Shown: one piece after another, positions 12,877-25,118 of the stretch
How the letters are laid out: the number at the start of each line of letters is the position of its first letter
Position numbering within the stretch: the first letter of the stretch is position 1
Origin: Escherichia coli
GTDB lineage: Bacteria > Pseudomonadota > Gammaproteobacteria > Enterobacterales > Enterobacteriaceae
Direction: 5' to 3' (one strand)
Assembly: GCF_013122565.1 (NCBI RefSeq)
Contig: NZ_CP053258.1
DNA length: 64,000 nucleotides
Notes under the pieces: model-generated
The model's database searches: none
The model's input: only the letters and a program-made list of their open reading frames with translations
Told to the model about the DNA's origin: nothing
Translations under genes and position numbers: made by a program

Positions 12877-13800
12877 TTATTCACTCATCGCATCGCGCCA
12901 GATCTTGTCAACGATACGTTGCGCCAGCACTGCCTGTTCGCCGGCGGTTTGCGGAACTGTCTGATTTTGCACACATTCAATGAAGTGCCGCGCACAGCCG
13001 ACAAATCCACGTTGCTCAAGAGTGCTCTGCCAACCAGGAATCGGTTTATTCACTACACCCTGCCCACGCTCCTCACGCCATTCGCGCATATCCGTAATGT
13101 CGATGAGCGCACCGTCAGTCACGGCCTGCACGGTTTCACGCTGACTTCCGGCACGGCGATGCATACAGGTGGTGATCTGCAAAGGACCAGCCGAAAAATG
13201 GTGCTCGGCAAACAGCATTTCGCCAGCGTCGTTAGTCAGTAGCGTACCGCCATCCAGAGAGGCTTTGCCGCCCGACAACCACAGCGCGGTATCCACCACA
13301 TGCAGATAATCATCCAGCAACGTGAAATAAAGATCGTGTGGCCCGACACTATTGCTACGATGTTTATCCATTCTTAGCGAGGCTGCGGTGGCGAGTTGCG
13401 TTTTTAACTCTCCGTAGAGTGGTGCGAAACGACGGTTAAAACCGACCATCAACGTCAGTTTTTTCCGCGCCGCCAGTTCCACCAGCCGTTCAGCATCGCG
13501 CAGATTTTCTGCCAGCGGTTTATCGACACAGACATGTACACCCGCATTGAGTAACGTACTGACCACGTCAAAGTGGCTGGCGGTGCTGGAATGCACAAAA
13601 ACCGCATCGCAACTGGCGGCAAGGCTGGATAACGAATCGGCATAAGGAATGCGCCAGCTGTCACAAATTGGCAAGGCTTTCGCGCGCGTAGGCGACCAGG
13701 CTCCCTGTAACGTCCAGTCAGACGCTGCTGCCAGCACCGGTAACCACGCTTTTTGCGCAATGCCGCCTAATCCCACTACGCCGATACGTAATTTTTTCAC
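12877..13800 (-). CDS. yceM: Gfo/Idh/MocA-family oxidoreductase YceM (MviM), 307 aa, GTG start
   Basis: Translation (V/M)KKLRIGVVGLGGIAQKAWLPVLAAASDWTLQGAWSPT... with Rossmann GxGxxG; start 1 nt after yceH stop. Confidence 0.88.
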   Translation of the reverse strand: MKKLRIGVVGLGGIAQKAWLPVLAAASDWTLQGAWSPTRAKALPICDSWRIPYADSLSSLAASCDAVFVHSSTASHFDVVSTLLNAGVHVCVDKPLAENLRDAERLVELAARKKLTLMVGFNRRFAPLYGELKTQLATAASLRMDKHRSNSVGPHDLYFTLLDDYLHVVDTALWLSGGKASLDGGTLLTNDAGEMLFAEHHFSAGPLQITTCMHRRAGSQRETVQAVTDGALIDITDMREWREERGQGVVNKPIPGWQSTLEQRGFVGCARHFIECVQNQTVPQTAGEQAVLAQRIVDKIWRDAMSE

Positions 13801-13801
13801 T

Positions 13802-15044
<1,243 letters not shown>

Positions 15045-15279
15045 TCTATACCTACTCCTTCCCGTAACGTCTTTAATACGCTGTAAGTATTACTATACCT
15101 GCGCAACCAGACCCTGTGAAAAGTCCAAAATGCCATTTTCTGCATTATTCACATATTTGATAAAAACTCTCTATCAAAGCGACGTTTTGATAAAAAAATA
15201 TTGTCCCCGAAGTGATGGGAAAAGTCTTAGCGGCAATGCAGAATAGAAAGTGCTCATCTTTTATTTCCCGGGAGGGGAA

Positions 15280-16488
15280 ATGTCCCGCGTGTCGCAGGCG
15301 AGGAACCTGGGTAAATATTTCCTGCTCATCGATAATATGCTGGTCGTGCTGGGGTTCTTTGTTGTCTTCCCGCTGATCTCTATCCGCTTCGTTGATCAAA
15401 TGGGCTGGGCCGCCGTCATGGTCGGTATTGCCCTCGGCCTACGCCAGTTTATTCAGCAAGGTCTGGGTATTTTCGGCGGCGCAATTGCCGACCGCTTTGG
15501 TGCCAAACCGATGATTGTTACCGGTATGCTGATGCGTGCCGCCGGATTCGCCACAATGGGTATCGCCCACGAACCGTGGCTACTGTGGTTTTCATGCCTG
15601 CTTTCGGGACTCGGCGGCACGTTGTTTGATCCGCCGCGTTCGGCGCTGGTGGTGAAATTAATCCGTCCACAGCAGCGTGGTCGTTTTTTCTCGCTGTTGA
15701 TGATGCAGGACAGTGCCGGTGCGGTCATTGGCGCATTGTTGGGGAGCTGGCTGTTGCAATACGACTTTCGCCTGGTCTGCGCCACAGGGGCAGTTTTGTT
15801 TGTGCTGTGTGCAGCGTTCAATGCGTGGTTGTTACCGGCATGGAAACTCTCCACCGTACGCACGCCCGTTCGCGAAGGCATGACCCGCGTGATGCGCGAC
15901 AAGCGTTTTGTCACCTATGTCCTGACGCTGGCGGGTTACTACATGCTGGCTGTACAAGTGATGCTGATGCTGCCAATTATGGTCAACGACGTGGCGGGCG
16001 CGCCCTCTGCCGTTAAATGGATGTATGCCATTGAAGCGTGTCTATCGTTAACGTTGCTCTACCCTATCGCCCGCTGGAGTGAAAAGCATTTTCGTCTGGA
16101 ACACCGGTTGATGGCTGGGCTGTTGATAATGTCATTAAGCATGATGCCGGTGGGCATGGTCAGCGGCCTGCAACAACTTTTCACCCTGATTTGTCTGTTT
16201 TATATCGGGTCGATCATTGCCGAGCCTGCGCGTGAAACCTTAAGTGCTTCGCTGGCGGACGCAAGAGCTCGCGGCAGCTATATGGGGTTTAGCCGTCTGG
16301 GTCTGGCGATTGGTGGCGCTATTGGTTATATCGGTGGCGGCTGGCTGTTTGACCTGGGCAAATCGGCGCACCAACCAGAGCTTCCGTGGATGATGCTGGG
16401 CATTATTGGCATCTTCACTTTCCTTGCGCTGGGCTGGCAGTTTAGCCAGAAACGCGCCGCGCGTCGTTTGCTTGAACGCGACGCCTGA
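15280..16488 (+). CDS. mdtH: MFS multidrug efflux transporter MdtH (402 aa)
   Basis: Translation [57 protein letters not shown]...; internal ATG chosen over track start at 15250. Confidence 0.92.
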
Positions 16489-16551
16489 TTTGATACTCCC
16501 CCCTGACTCCTCCATACTGAAAGTGAACTGACAGCCAAATGGAGGAGTCAC

Positions 16552-17199
16552 GTGAAGCTATACATTTACGATCACTGCCCTTACTGCCTCAAAGCCCGCA
16601 TGATTTTCGGCCTGAAAAATATCCCCGTCGAATTACATGTTCTGCTCAACGACGACGCAGAAACACCCACCCGGATGGTCGGTCAAAAACAGGTTCCCAT
16701 TCTGCAAAAAGATGACAGCCGCTATATGCCAGAAAGCATGGACATCGTTCACTATGTCGATAAACTCGACGGCAAACCGTTACTGACCGGCAAACGTTCC
16801 CCTGCCATTGAAGAGTGGCTGCGCAAGGTCAATGGCTACGCCAACAAACTGCTGTTGCCGCGTTTTGCCAAATCGGCATTTGATGAGTTTTCTACTCCCG
16901 CCGCGCGCAAATATTTCGTCGACAAGAAAGAGGCCAGCGCGGGTAATTTTGCCGACCTGCTGGCCCACTCTGACGGTCTAATTAAGAATATCAGCGATGA
17001 TTTACGTGCGCTGGACAAACTGATCGTCAAACCGAACGCCGTGAATGGCGAACTTTCGGAAGATGATATTCAGCTATTTCCGCTGCTGCGTAATCTGACG
17101 CTGGTAGCCGGAATCAACTGGCCAAGCCGCGTTGCTGATTACCGCGATAATATGGCGAAACAGACACAAATCAATTTGTTATCATCAATGGCGATTTAA
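16552..17199 (+). CDS. grxB: Glutaredoxin 2 GrxB (215 aa)
   Basis: Translation MKLYIYDHCPYCLKARMIFGLKNIPVELHVLLNDDAETPTRMVGQKQVPILQKDD... with CPYC active site. Confidence 0.95.
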   Translation: MKLYIYDHCPYCLKARMIFGLKNIPVELHVLLNDDAETPTRMVGQKQVPILQKDDSRYMPESMDIVHYVDKLDGKPLLTGKRSPAIEEWLRKVNGYANKLLLPRFAKSAFDEFSTPAARKYFVDKKEASAGNFADLLAHSDGLIKNISDDLRALDKLIVKPNAVNGELSEDDIQLFPLLRNLTLVAGINWPSRVADYRDNMAKQTQINLLSSMAI

Positions 17200-17332
17200 T
17201 CCTGACCCGCCGCGGCAGCCTGTATTCGCGGGTTGCCGCCGTTTTCAGTTTTTTCTGCTGGCGAGTTTATCGCTGGTGACACATGCTGCGTTGTGTCAGG
17301 ATATTGACGCAGATTTCATGTCGAGGACTACC

Positions 17333-17893
17333 ATGCACAAGTTTTTATTTGCCGCTGCATTGATCGTCAGTGGCCTGCTCGTTGGCTGTAATCAACTCAC
17401 CCAATACACCATCACCGAACAAGAAATTAACCAGTCGCTTGCGAAACATAATAATTTCTCAAAAGATATCGGTTTACCCGGTGTGGCTGACGCCCATATT
17501 ATTCTGACAAACCTGACCAGCCAAATTGGTCGCGAAGAGCCGAATAAGGTTACCCTAACCGGAGACGCCAATCTGGACATGAACTCCCTGTTCGGTAGCC
17601 AGAAAGCGACCATGAAACTGAAGCTGAAAGCGCTGCCCGTGTTTGATAAAGAAAAAGGCGCGATCTTCCTGAAAGAGATGGAAGTGGTCGATGCGACGGT
17701 ACAACCGGAAAAAATGCAAACGGTGATGCAAACGTTGCTTCCCTATTTGAACCAGGCATTACGCAATTACTTTAACCAGCAACCTGCTTACGTCCTGCGC
17801 GAAGATGGCAGCCAGGGCGAAGCAATGGCGAAAAAACTGGCGAAAGGCATTGAAGTGAAGCCAGGCGAAATTGTCATTCCGTTTACGGATTAA
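17333..17893 (+). CDS. yceB: Lipoprotein YceB (DUF1439), 186 aa
   Basis: Translation MHKFLFAAALIVSGLLVGCNQLTQYTITEQEINQSLAKHNNFSKDIGLPG... (lipobox LVGC); ATG at 17333 preceded by GAGGA; longer track ORF overlapping grxB rejected. Confidence 0.9.
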   Translation: MHKFLFAAALIVSGLLVGCNQLTQYTITEQEINQSLAKHNNFSKDIGLPGVADAHIILTNLTSQIGREEPNKVTLTGDANLDMNSLFGSQKATMKLKLKALPVFDKEKGAIFLKEMEVVDATVQPEKMQTVMQTLLPYLNQALRNYFNQQPAYVLREDGSQGEAMAKKLAKGIEVKPGEIVIPFTD

Positions 17894-17899
17894 TCACGA

Positions 17900-17924
17900 G
17901 GGCGCATTTGCGCCCTTTATTTTT
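17900..17924 (+). terminator. Rho-independent terminator after yceB
   Basis: GGGCGC-ATTT-GCGCCC hairpin followed by TTTATTTTT. Confidence 0.8.
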
Positions 17925-17931
17925 CGTGCAA

Positions 17932-17947
17932 AGGAAAACGTTTCCGC
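17932..17947. promoter_or_regulatory. PurR operator (pur box) in pyrC promoter region
   Basis: AGGAAAACGTTTCCGC, palindromic around central CG (AAACGTTT core), about 50 nt upstream of pyrC ATG; matches PurR box consensus ACGCAAACGTTTGCGT. Confidence 0.75.
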
Positions 17948-17998
17948 TTATCCTTTGTGTCCGGCAAAAACATCCCTTCAGCCGGAGCATAGAGATTA

Positions 17999-19045
17999 AT
18001 GACTGCACCATCCCAGGTATTAAAGATCCGCCGCCCAGACGACTGGCACCTTCACCTCCGCGATGGCGACATGTTAAAAACTGTCGTGCCGTATACCAGC
18101 GAAATTTATGGACGGGCTATCGTAATGCCCAATCTGGCTCCGCCCGTGACCACCGTTGAGGCTGCCGTGGCGTATCGCCAGCGTATTCTTGACGCCGTAC
18201 CTGCCGGGCACGATTTCACCCCATTGATGACCTGTTATTTAACAGATTCGCTGGATCCGAATGAGCTGGAGCGCGGATTTAACGAAGGCGTGTTCACCGC
18301 TGCAAAACTTTACCCGGCAAACGCAACCACTAACTCCAGCCACGGCGTGACGTCGATTGACGCCATCATGCCGGTACTTGAGCGCATGGAAAAAATCGGT
18401 ATGCCGCTACTGGTGCATGGTGAAGTGACACATGCAGATATCGACATTTTTGATCGTGAAGCGCGCTTTATAGAAAGCGTGATGGAACCGCTACGCCAGC
18501 GTCTGACTGCGCTGAAAGTCGTTTTTGAGCACATCACCACCAAAGATGCTGCCGACTATGTCCGTGACGGAAATGAACGGCTGGCTGCCACCATCACTCC
18601 GCAGCATCTGATGTTTAACCGCAACCATATGCTGGTTGGTGGCGTGCGTCCGCACCTGTATTGTCTACCCATCCTCAAACGCAATATTCACCAACAGGCA
18701 CTGCGTGAACTGGTCGCCAGCGGTTTTAATCGAGTATTCCTCGGTACGGATTCTGCGCCACATGCACGTCATCGCAAAGAGAGCAGTTGCGGCTGCGCGG
18801 GCTGCTTCAACGCCCCAACCGCGCTGGGCAGTTACGCTACCGTCTTTGAAGAGATGAATGCTCTGCAGCACTTTGAAGCATTCTGTTCTGTAAACGGCCC
18901 GCAGTTCTATGGGTTGCCGGTCAACGACACATTCATCGAACTGGTACGTGAAGAGCAACAGGTTGCTGAAAGCATCGCACTGACTGATGACACCCTGGTG
19001 CCATTCCTCGCCGGGGAAACGGTACGCTGGTCCGTTAAACAATAA
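17999..19045 (+). CDS. pyrC: Dihydroorotase PyrC (348 aa)
   Basis: Translation [52 protein letters not shown]... (HxH metal-binding motif). Confidence 0.96.
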
Positions 19046-19081
19046 AAATCGTAGCTTCCTGTTGTCATTAGGTTATTTTAC

Positions 19082-19097
19082 CTGTATAAATAACCAG
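19082..19097. promoter_or_regulatory. LexA (SOS) box upstream of dinI
   Basis: CTGTATAAATAACCAG (CTG-N10-CAG) about 20 nt upstream of dinI ATG. Confidence 0.85.
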
Positions 19098-19118
19098 TAT
19101 ATTCAACAGGGGGCTATT

Positions 19119-19364
19119 ATGCGAATTGAAGTCACCATAGCGAAAACTTCTCCATTGCCAGCTGGGGCTATTGACGCCCTGGCTGGCGAACTTTCCCGCC
19201 GTATTCAGTATGCGTTTCCTGATAATGAAGGCCACGTATCGGTACGTTACGCCGCAGCGAATAATTTATCGGTTATTGGCGCAACAAAAGAAGATAAACA
19301 GCGCATTAGCGAAATTCTCCAGGAAACGTGGGAAAGCGCCGATGACTGGTTTGTCAGCGAATAA
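19119..19364 (+). CDS. dinI: DNA damage-inducible protein DinI (81 aa)
   Basis: Translation MRIEVTIAKTSPLPAGAIDALAGELSRRIQYAFPDNEGHVSVRYAAANNLSVIGATKEDKQRISEILQETWESADDWFVSE; internal ATG within longer track ORF. Confidence 0.95.
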   Translation: MRIEVTIAKTSPLPAGAIDALAGELSRRIQYAFPDNEGHVSVRYAAANNLSVIGATKEDKQRISEILQETWESADDWFVSE

Positions 19365-19385
19365 TATGCAGTGATTTTTGTTTTT

Positions 19386-19410
19386 GCCGGGTCGCCCCGG
19401 CTTTTTTATT
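19386..19410 (+). terminator. Rho-independent terminator after dinI
   Basis: GCCGGG-TCGC-CCCGGC hairpin followed by TTTTTTATTTT. Confidence 0.8.
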
Positions 19411-19653
19411 TTACTTAAAAATTTTGAGTACAAAATTTCTACACTCCCTCAAAATAATTGCACAATATGCTAAAAAAATATGAATGACATGCTGTTTTAT
19501 TGTTCATATAAATCTTAAAAGCAGAAATTTATCTGTTCCCCCCTTTAAAAATTCGGTGAATACCCTTATTTATTGGTATACTGAAGTTGCTTCAGATAAA
19601 AACGCATTGAACCTCGAATAACGTTGTCTAGTAACACGAATTAGGGGGCCATG

Positions 19654-19908
19654 ATGGAAAAAAATAATGAAGTCATTCAGACTCATCCGCTCGTAGGGTG
19701 GGACATCAGCACCGTTGATAGCTATGATGCGCTGATGTTGCGTTTGCACTACCAGACCCCAAATAAGTCCGAGCAGGAAGGGACTGAAGTTGGTCAGACG
19801 CTCTGGTTAACCACTGATGTTGCCAGACAATTTATTTCGATATTAGAAGCAGGAATCGCCAAAATTGAATCCGGTGATTTCCCGGTAAACGAGTATCGGC
19901 GTCATTAA
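19654..19908 (+). CDS. bssS: Biofilm regulator BssS (YceP), 84 aa
   Basis: Translation MEKNNEVIQTHPLVGWDISTVDSYDALMLRLHYQTPNKSEQEGTEVGQTLWLTTDVARQFISILEAGIAKIESGDFPVNEYRRH; RBS AGGGGG upstream. Confidence 0.9.
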   Translation: MEKNNEVIQTHPLVGWDISTVDSYDALMLRLHYQTPNKSEQEGTEVGQTLWLTTDVARQFISILEAGIAKIESGDFPVNEYRRH

Positions 19909-20022
19909 CATGACATGACCATCCACCCAAAAGGCACCTCACCGGTGCCTTTACCATTTCTGGGTTGTATATCTGCATTCAGTTAATTACTCTGCTTAAA
20001 CCATGAGAGCAGAGAGAAAAAA

Positions 20023-21141
20023 ATGAAATACGATCTCATCATTATTGGCAGCGGTTCCGTAGGCGCTGCCGCCGGGTATTATGCAACCCGCGCCGGTTTA
20101 AACGTGCTTATGACCGACGCCCATATGCCACCACATCAACACGGCAGCCACCACGGCGATACGCGATTAATTCGCCATGCTTATGGTGAAGGCGAAAAGT
20201 ATGTCCCGCTGGTCCTCCGCGCGCAAACGCTGTGGGATGAGCTCTCCCGCCACAACGAAGATGATCCCATTTTTGTACGCTCTGGTGTCATTAACCTCGG
20301 TCCGGCTGACTCCGCATTTCTCGCCAACGTCGCCCACAGCGCCGAACAGTGGCAACTCAACGTTGAAAAGCTCGATGCGCAAGGGATTATGGCCCGCTGG
20401 CCAGAAATACGCGTCCCGGACAACTACATCGGCTTATTTGAGACTGATTCCGGCTTTTTACGCAGCGAACTGGCGATTAAAACCTGGATCCAACTGGCGA
20501 AGGAAGCGGGCTGTGCGCAGCTGTTCAACTGCCCGGTCACCGCAATTCGTCATGACGATGATGGCGTAACTATTGAAACGGCTGATGGTGAGTATCAGGC
20601 GAAAAAAGCGATTGTCTGCGCGGGAACATGGGTAAAAGACCTACTCCCGGAGTTGCCTGTCCAGCCCGTTCGCAAAGTATTTGCCTGGTATCAGGCCGAT
20701 GGGCGCTATAGCGTGAAGAATAAGTTCCCGGCGTTTACCGGTGAACTGCCCAATGGCGATCAATATTATGGTTTTCCGGCAGAAAACGACGCGTTGAAGA
20801 TTGGCAAACATAACGGAGGCCAGATTATCCATTCAGCGGATGAACGTGTTCCGTTTGCGGAAGTGGACAGCGATGGTTCGGAAGCCTTCCCGTTCTTGCG
20901 CAATGTATTGCCGGGCATCGGTTGCTGCCTGTACGGAGCTGCCTGCACCTATGATAATTCGCCTGACGAAGATTTTATTATCGATACCCTACCCGGCCAC
21001 GATAATACACTGCTCATTACCGGCCTGAGTGGGCACGGTTTTAAATTTGCGTCAGTTTTAGGGGAAATAGCTGCCGATTTTGCGCAAGACAAAAAAAGCG
21101 ATTTTGATTTGACGCCATTCAGGCTTTCCCGCTTCCAATAA
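20023..21141 (+). CDS. solA: N-methyl-L-tryptophan oxidase SolA (372 aa)
   Basis: Translation [57 protein letters not shown]... (FAD-binding GSGSVG). Confidence 0.95.
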
Positions 21142-21150
21142 TCATCATTA

Positions 21151-21175
21151 CGGCCTCCAGAATGAGGCCGTTTTT
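21151..21175 (+). terminator. Rho-independent terminator after solA
   Basis: CGGCCTC-CAGAAT-GAGGCCG hairpin followed by TTTTT. Confidence 0.8.
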
Positions 21176-21188
21176 ACAGGAGTATTTA

Positions 21189-21302
21189 ATGCGTCGGCTG
21201 TTGCACTATCTCATCAATAATATTCGCGAGCATCTGATGCTTTATCTTTTTCTCTGGGGATTGTTGGCAATTATGGATCTGATCTATGTGTTTTATTTTT
21301 AG
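21189..21302 (+). CDS. yceO: Small hydrophobic protein YceO (37 aa as read here)
   Basis: ATG at 21189 gives [37 protein letters not shown]; position between solA and yceJ matches K-12 yceO; too short for the ORF track. Confidence 0.6.
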
Positions 21303-21562
21303 TTTTCCGCACTGACATAAACTGACAAATATTTAATCTCCCTTTCATTTAGCGTGAAAAATTGAATGAGATTATTCCTGCTTCTACAGCACTCACCAGA
21401 CATCTCTGATGCTGAACCCACTAAACTTATGAAGATTATTTCATTATTAATTCAAAATTATTGAAATAAAAATAAATATCATTCAATTTGTTATTTTTGT
21501 GTTGCATTTCATTTTCCGACACGCCATTTTCTTTCTCTCGCAAATTCGTTTTGGATGCACTT

Positions 21563-22129
21563 ATGTCATTCACAAATACCCCTGAACGCTATGGTGTTAT
21601 ATCTGCGGCCTTCCATTGGCTAAGCGCAATTATTGTCTACGGCATGTTTGCTTTAGGTCTGTGGATGGTCACACTCAGTTATTACGATGGCTGGTATCAC
21701 AAAGCACCCGAACTGCATAAAAGCATCGGTATTTTGTTAATGATGGGGCTGGTTATTCGCGTTCTGTGGCGCGTCATATCTCCACCGCCGGTTCCGCTGC
21801 CGAGTTATTCGCCCATGACTCGTCTTGCCGCAAAAGCTGGACATCTCACATTGTACCTATTGCTGTTCGCCATCGGCATCAGCGGTTATCTCATATCAAC
21901 TGCCGATGGTAAACCGACCAGCGTTTTTGGCTGGTTTGACGTGCCCGCGACCCTTGCCGACGCTGGCGCACAGGCAGACTTTGCCGGTGCCCTGCATTTT
22001 TGGCTCGCGTGGAGCGTCGTAGTACTGTCCGTTATGCACGGATTTATGGCCCTGAAGCATCATTTCATCGATAAAGACGACACTCTGAAGCGCATGCTGG
22101 GAAAGTCGTCATCTGACTATGGAGTATAA
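21563..22129 (+). CDS. yceJ: Cytochrome b561-family protein YceJ (188 aa)
   Basis: Translation MSFTNTPERYGVISAAFHWLSAIIVYGMFALGLWMVTLSYYDGWYHKAPELHKSIGILLM...; internal start within longer track ORF. Confidence 0.88.
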   Translation: MSFTNTPERYGVISAAFHWLSAIIVYGMFALGLWMVTLSYYDGWYHKAPELHKSIGILLMMGLVIRVLWRVISPPPVPLPSYSPMTRLAAKAGHLTLYLLLFAIGISGYLISTADGKPTSVFGWFDVPATLADAGAQADFAGALHFWLAWSVVVLSVMHGFMALKHHFIDKDDTLKRMLGKSSSDYGV

Positions 22130-22132
22130 AAA

Positions 22133-22708
22133 ATGAAAAAAAGCCTGCTTGGTTTAACCTTCGCGTCCCTGATGTTCTCTGCCGGTTCAGCGGTTGCCGC
22201 CGATTACAAAATTGACAAAGAAGGTCAGCACGCCTTTGTTAATTTCCGCATCCAGCACCTTGGCTATAGCTGGTTATACGGCACCTTTAAAGATTTCGAC
22301 GGTACTTTTACCTTTGATGAAAAAAATCCAGCTGCCGATAAAGTGAATGTGACAATTAACACCACCAGCGTCGATACTAATCACGCCGAACGCGATAAAC
22401 ATCTTCGCAGTGCAGATTTCCTCAATACCGCAAAATATCCACAGGCAACATTCACCTCCACCAGCGTGAAGAAAGACGGTGACGAACTGGATATTACCGG
22501 CGATCTGACGCTGAATGGCGTAACCAAACCCGTCACGCTGGAAGCGAAATTAACTGGTCAGGGCGACGACCCGTGGGGTGGTAAACGTGCTGGCTTCGAG
22601 GCCGAAGGCAAAATTAAGCTCAAGGATTTCGATATCAAGACAGATTTAGGTCCAGCTTCTCAGGAAGTGGATCTGATTATTTCAGTGGAAGGCGTACAGC
22701 AGAAGTAA
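22133..22708 (+). CDS. yceI: Periplasmic polyisoprenoid-binding protein YceI (191 aa)
   Basis: Translation [66 protein letters not shown]...; 3 nt after yceJ stop. Confidence 0.93.
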   Translation: MKKSLLGLTFASLMFSAGSAVAADYKIDKEGQHAFVNFRIQHLGYSWLYGTFKDFDGTFTFDEKNPAADKVNVTINTTSVDTNHAERDKHLRSADFLNTAKYPQATFTSTSVKKDGDELDITGDLTLNGVTKPVTLEAKLTGQGDDPWGGKRAGFEAEGKIKLKDFDIKTDLGPASQEVDLIISVEGVQQK

Positions 22709-22720
22709 GAGAGAAATGTT

Positions 22721-22741
22721 GCCGGATGGCACGCATCCGGC
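22721..22741. terminator. Bidirectional hairpin terminator between convergent yceI and trhO
   Basis: GCCGGATG-GCACG-CATCCGGC hairpin. Confidence 0.65.
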
Positions 22742-22749
22742 AATGAGAT

Positions 22750-23802
22750 TTATTCTGTGGGATCAGGAATGCCCAGTGTTGTATTCAGACGTCCACGAGA
22801 CTTATTAAAGATCTTATTGCCATTTTCACGTCCTGCCCGACGGCGTCGCTGTTCTTCTGGCGGTAACGCGCTTTCTTCACAGCAAATCTCACTACAACAA
22901 CCTTTGTATTTTTCCGCACATACTGGACACTGAATAAAAAGCAGGTGGCAACCATCATTTTTACAGTTGGTATGGCTGTCGCACGGCGCACCGCACTGGT
23001 GGCAATGCGCGATAATCTCATCAGATATACGTTCGCCCATCCGCTCGTCAAAAACAAAATTTTTGCCAATAAAACGCACCGGTAAACCCTGCTCGCGCGC
23101 CTTGCGGGCGTATTCAATAATTCCGCCCTCGATATGCCAGACTTTATTGAATCCGTTATGTTTCATCCAGGCACTGGCCTTTTCACAACGAATGCCGCCG
23201 GTGCAGTACATAACGATTTTTTTATCTTTATGTGCCTGCATCATCTCGACTGCTATTGGCAGCTGCTCACGGAAGGTATCTGCCGGAATTTCCAGCGCGT
23301 TTTCAAAGTGCCCCACTTCATACTCATAGTGGTTACGCATGTCGATAAACAATGCATCGGGATCGTCAAGCATGGCGTTCACTTCCGCCGCTTGCAGATA
23401 CTCACCCACATTGCTGGCATCAAAGTGAGGATCGTCAATACCGTCGGCAACGATACGATCGCGGACCTTCATGCGCAGTACCCAGAAGGATTTCCCGTCA
23501 TCATCCAACGCGATATTCAGGCGTAAGCCATCTAAAGCCGGGTCGAAGCCATAGAGCTGTGCGCGAAATGTTTCAACATTGCTCGCAGGTACGCTGATTT
23601 GCGCGTTAATGCCCTCATGCGCCAGATACACTCGCCCAAAAACATCCAGCGCGGTAAACAGCTGATATAAAGCGTCACGGGTCGCCTTAGGATCGGCGAT
23701 GTGGAAGTACTTATAAAACGAAATGGTGGTTCGCGGTTCGCTCTCAGCCAACATTTTGGCTTTTAACGCGTCGTTGGAAATGCGGTTGTGTAACACTGGC
23801 AT
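22750..23802 (-). CDS. trhO: tRNA uridine(34) hydroxylase TrhO (YceA), rhodanese domain, 350 aa
   Basis: Translation [52 protein letters not shown]...[14 protein letters not shown]... Confidence 0.9.
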   Translation of the reverse strand: MPVLHNRISNDALKAKMLAESEPRTTISFYKYFHIADPKATRDALYQLFTALDVFGRVYLAHEGINAQISVPASNVETFRAQLYGFDPALDGLRLNIALDDDGKSFWVLRMKVRDRIVADGIDDPHFDASNVGEYLQAAEVNAMLDDPDALFIDMRNHYEYEVGHFENALEIPADTFREQLPIAVEMMQAHKDKKIVMYCTGGIRCEKASAWMKHNGFNKVWHIEGGIIEYARKAREQGLPVRFIGKNFVFDERMGERISDEIIAHCHQCGAPCDSHTNCKNDGCHLLFIQCPVCAEKYKGCCSEICCEESALPPEEQRRRRAGRENGNKIFNKSRGRLNTTLGIPDPTE

Positions 23803-24026
23803 GGTGTACGGTTCCTGCGAGATGGGAAAGTAAAAATCCGCGGCATGATATAGCAATTATCGATAATTAACATCCACACATTTTACGCTACATTTGCGCA
23901 TTAAAAATTATTTGTTATTTACAAGCGCGGCAATTTCGCCCAGTCTTCAGCCACAAATTTTGGTTGCGGGCGAAAAAATGCGACAATACATACAATTGCC
24001 CGAATAGGTTGAAAAACAGGATTGAT

Positions 24027-24947
24027 ATGACGAATCTACCCAAGTTCTCCACCGCACTGCTTCATCCGCGTTATTGGTTAACCTGGTTGGGTATTGGCGT
24101 ACTTTGGTTAGTCGTGCAATTGCCCTACCCGGTTATCTACCGCCTCGGTTGTGGATTAGGAAAACTGGCGTTACGTTTTATGAAACGACGCGCAAAAATT
24201 GTGCATCGCAACCTGGAACTGTGCTTCCCGGAAATGAGCGAACAAGAACGCCGTAAAATGGTGGTGAAGAATTTCGAATCCGTTGGCATGGGACTGATGG
24301 AAACTGGCATGGCGTGGTTCTGGCCGGACCGCAGAATCGCCCGCTGGACGGAAGTGATCGGCATGGAACACATTCGTGACGTGCAGGCGCAAAAACGCGG
24401 CATCCTGTTAGTTGGTATCCATTTTCTGACACTGGAGCTGGGCGCGCGGCAGTTTGGTATGCAGGAACCGGGGATTGGCGTTTACCGCCCGAACGATAAT
24501 CCACTGATTGACTGGCTACAAACCTGGGGCCGTTTGCGCTCAAATAAATCGATGCTCGACCGCAAAGATTTAAAAGGCATGATTAAAGCCCTGAAAAAAG
24601 GCGAAGTGGTCTGGTACGCACCGGATCATGATTACGGCCCGCGCTCAAGCGTTTTCGTCCCGTTGTTTGCCGTTGAGCAGGCTGCGACCACGACCGGAAC
24701 CTGGATGCTGGCACGGATGTCCGGCGCATGTCTGGTGCCCTTCGTTCCACGCCGTAAGCCAGATGGCAAAGGGTATCAATTGATTATGCTGCCGCCAGAG
24801 TGTTCTCCGCCGCTGGATGATGCCGAAACTACCGCCGCGTGGATGAACAAAGTTGTCGAAAAATGCATCATGATGGCACCAGAGCAGTATATGTGGTTAC
24901 ACCGCCGCTTTAAAACACGCCCGGAAGGCGTTCCTTCACGCTATTAA
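24027..24947 (+). CDS. lpxL: Lipid A biosynthesis lauroyl acyltransferase LpxL (HtrB), 306 aa
   Basis: Translation [70 protein letters not shown]...; internal start within longer track ORF. Confidence 0.93.
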
Positions 24948-24954
24948 ATCTCCC

Positions 24955-24985
24955 ATGCCGGATGCTTCAGAATGGCATCCGGCAT
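24955..24985 (+). terminator. Hairpin immediately downstream of lpxL (possible terminator/stabilizer, no U-tract)
   Basis: ATGCCGGATGC-TTCAGAATG-GCATCCGGCAT inverted repeat 8 nt after lpxL stop. Confidence 0.35.
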
Positions 24986-25118
24986 TACCACAGCAAATCC
25001 CCCTGATTTAGCGATAAAAGCTCTCTGGATTGCGCCCCCTGGAAGTCGGGCGCATAATTAGTGTGCTTATCTTTTCTTCTTATGTTCACCGCGCCTGGCG
25101 CACCAACAGCGGATTGCT

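Noticed and set aside
17132-17332. 5' extension of the yceB ORF overlapping grxB
   Set aside because: The extended frame overlaps the grxB 3' end; the ATG at 17333 with an upstream GAGGA gives the expected 186-aa lipoprotein with signal peptide.
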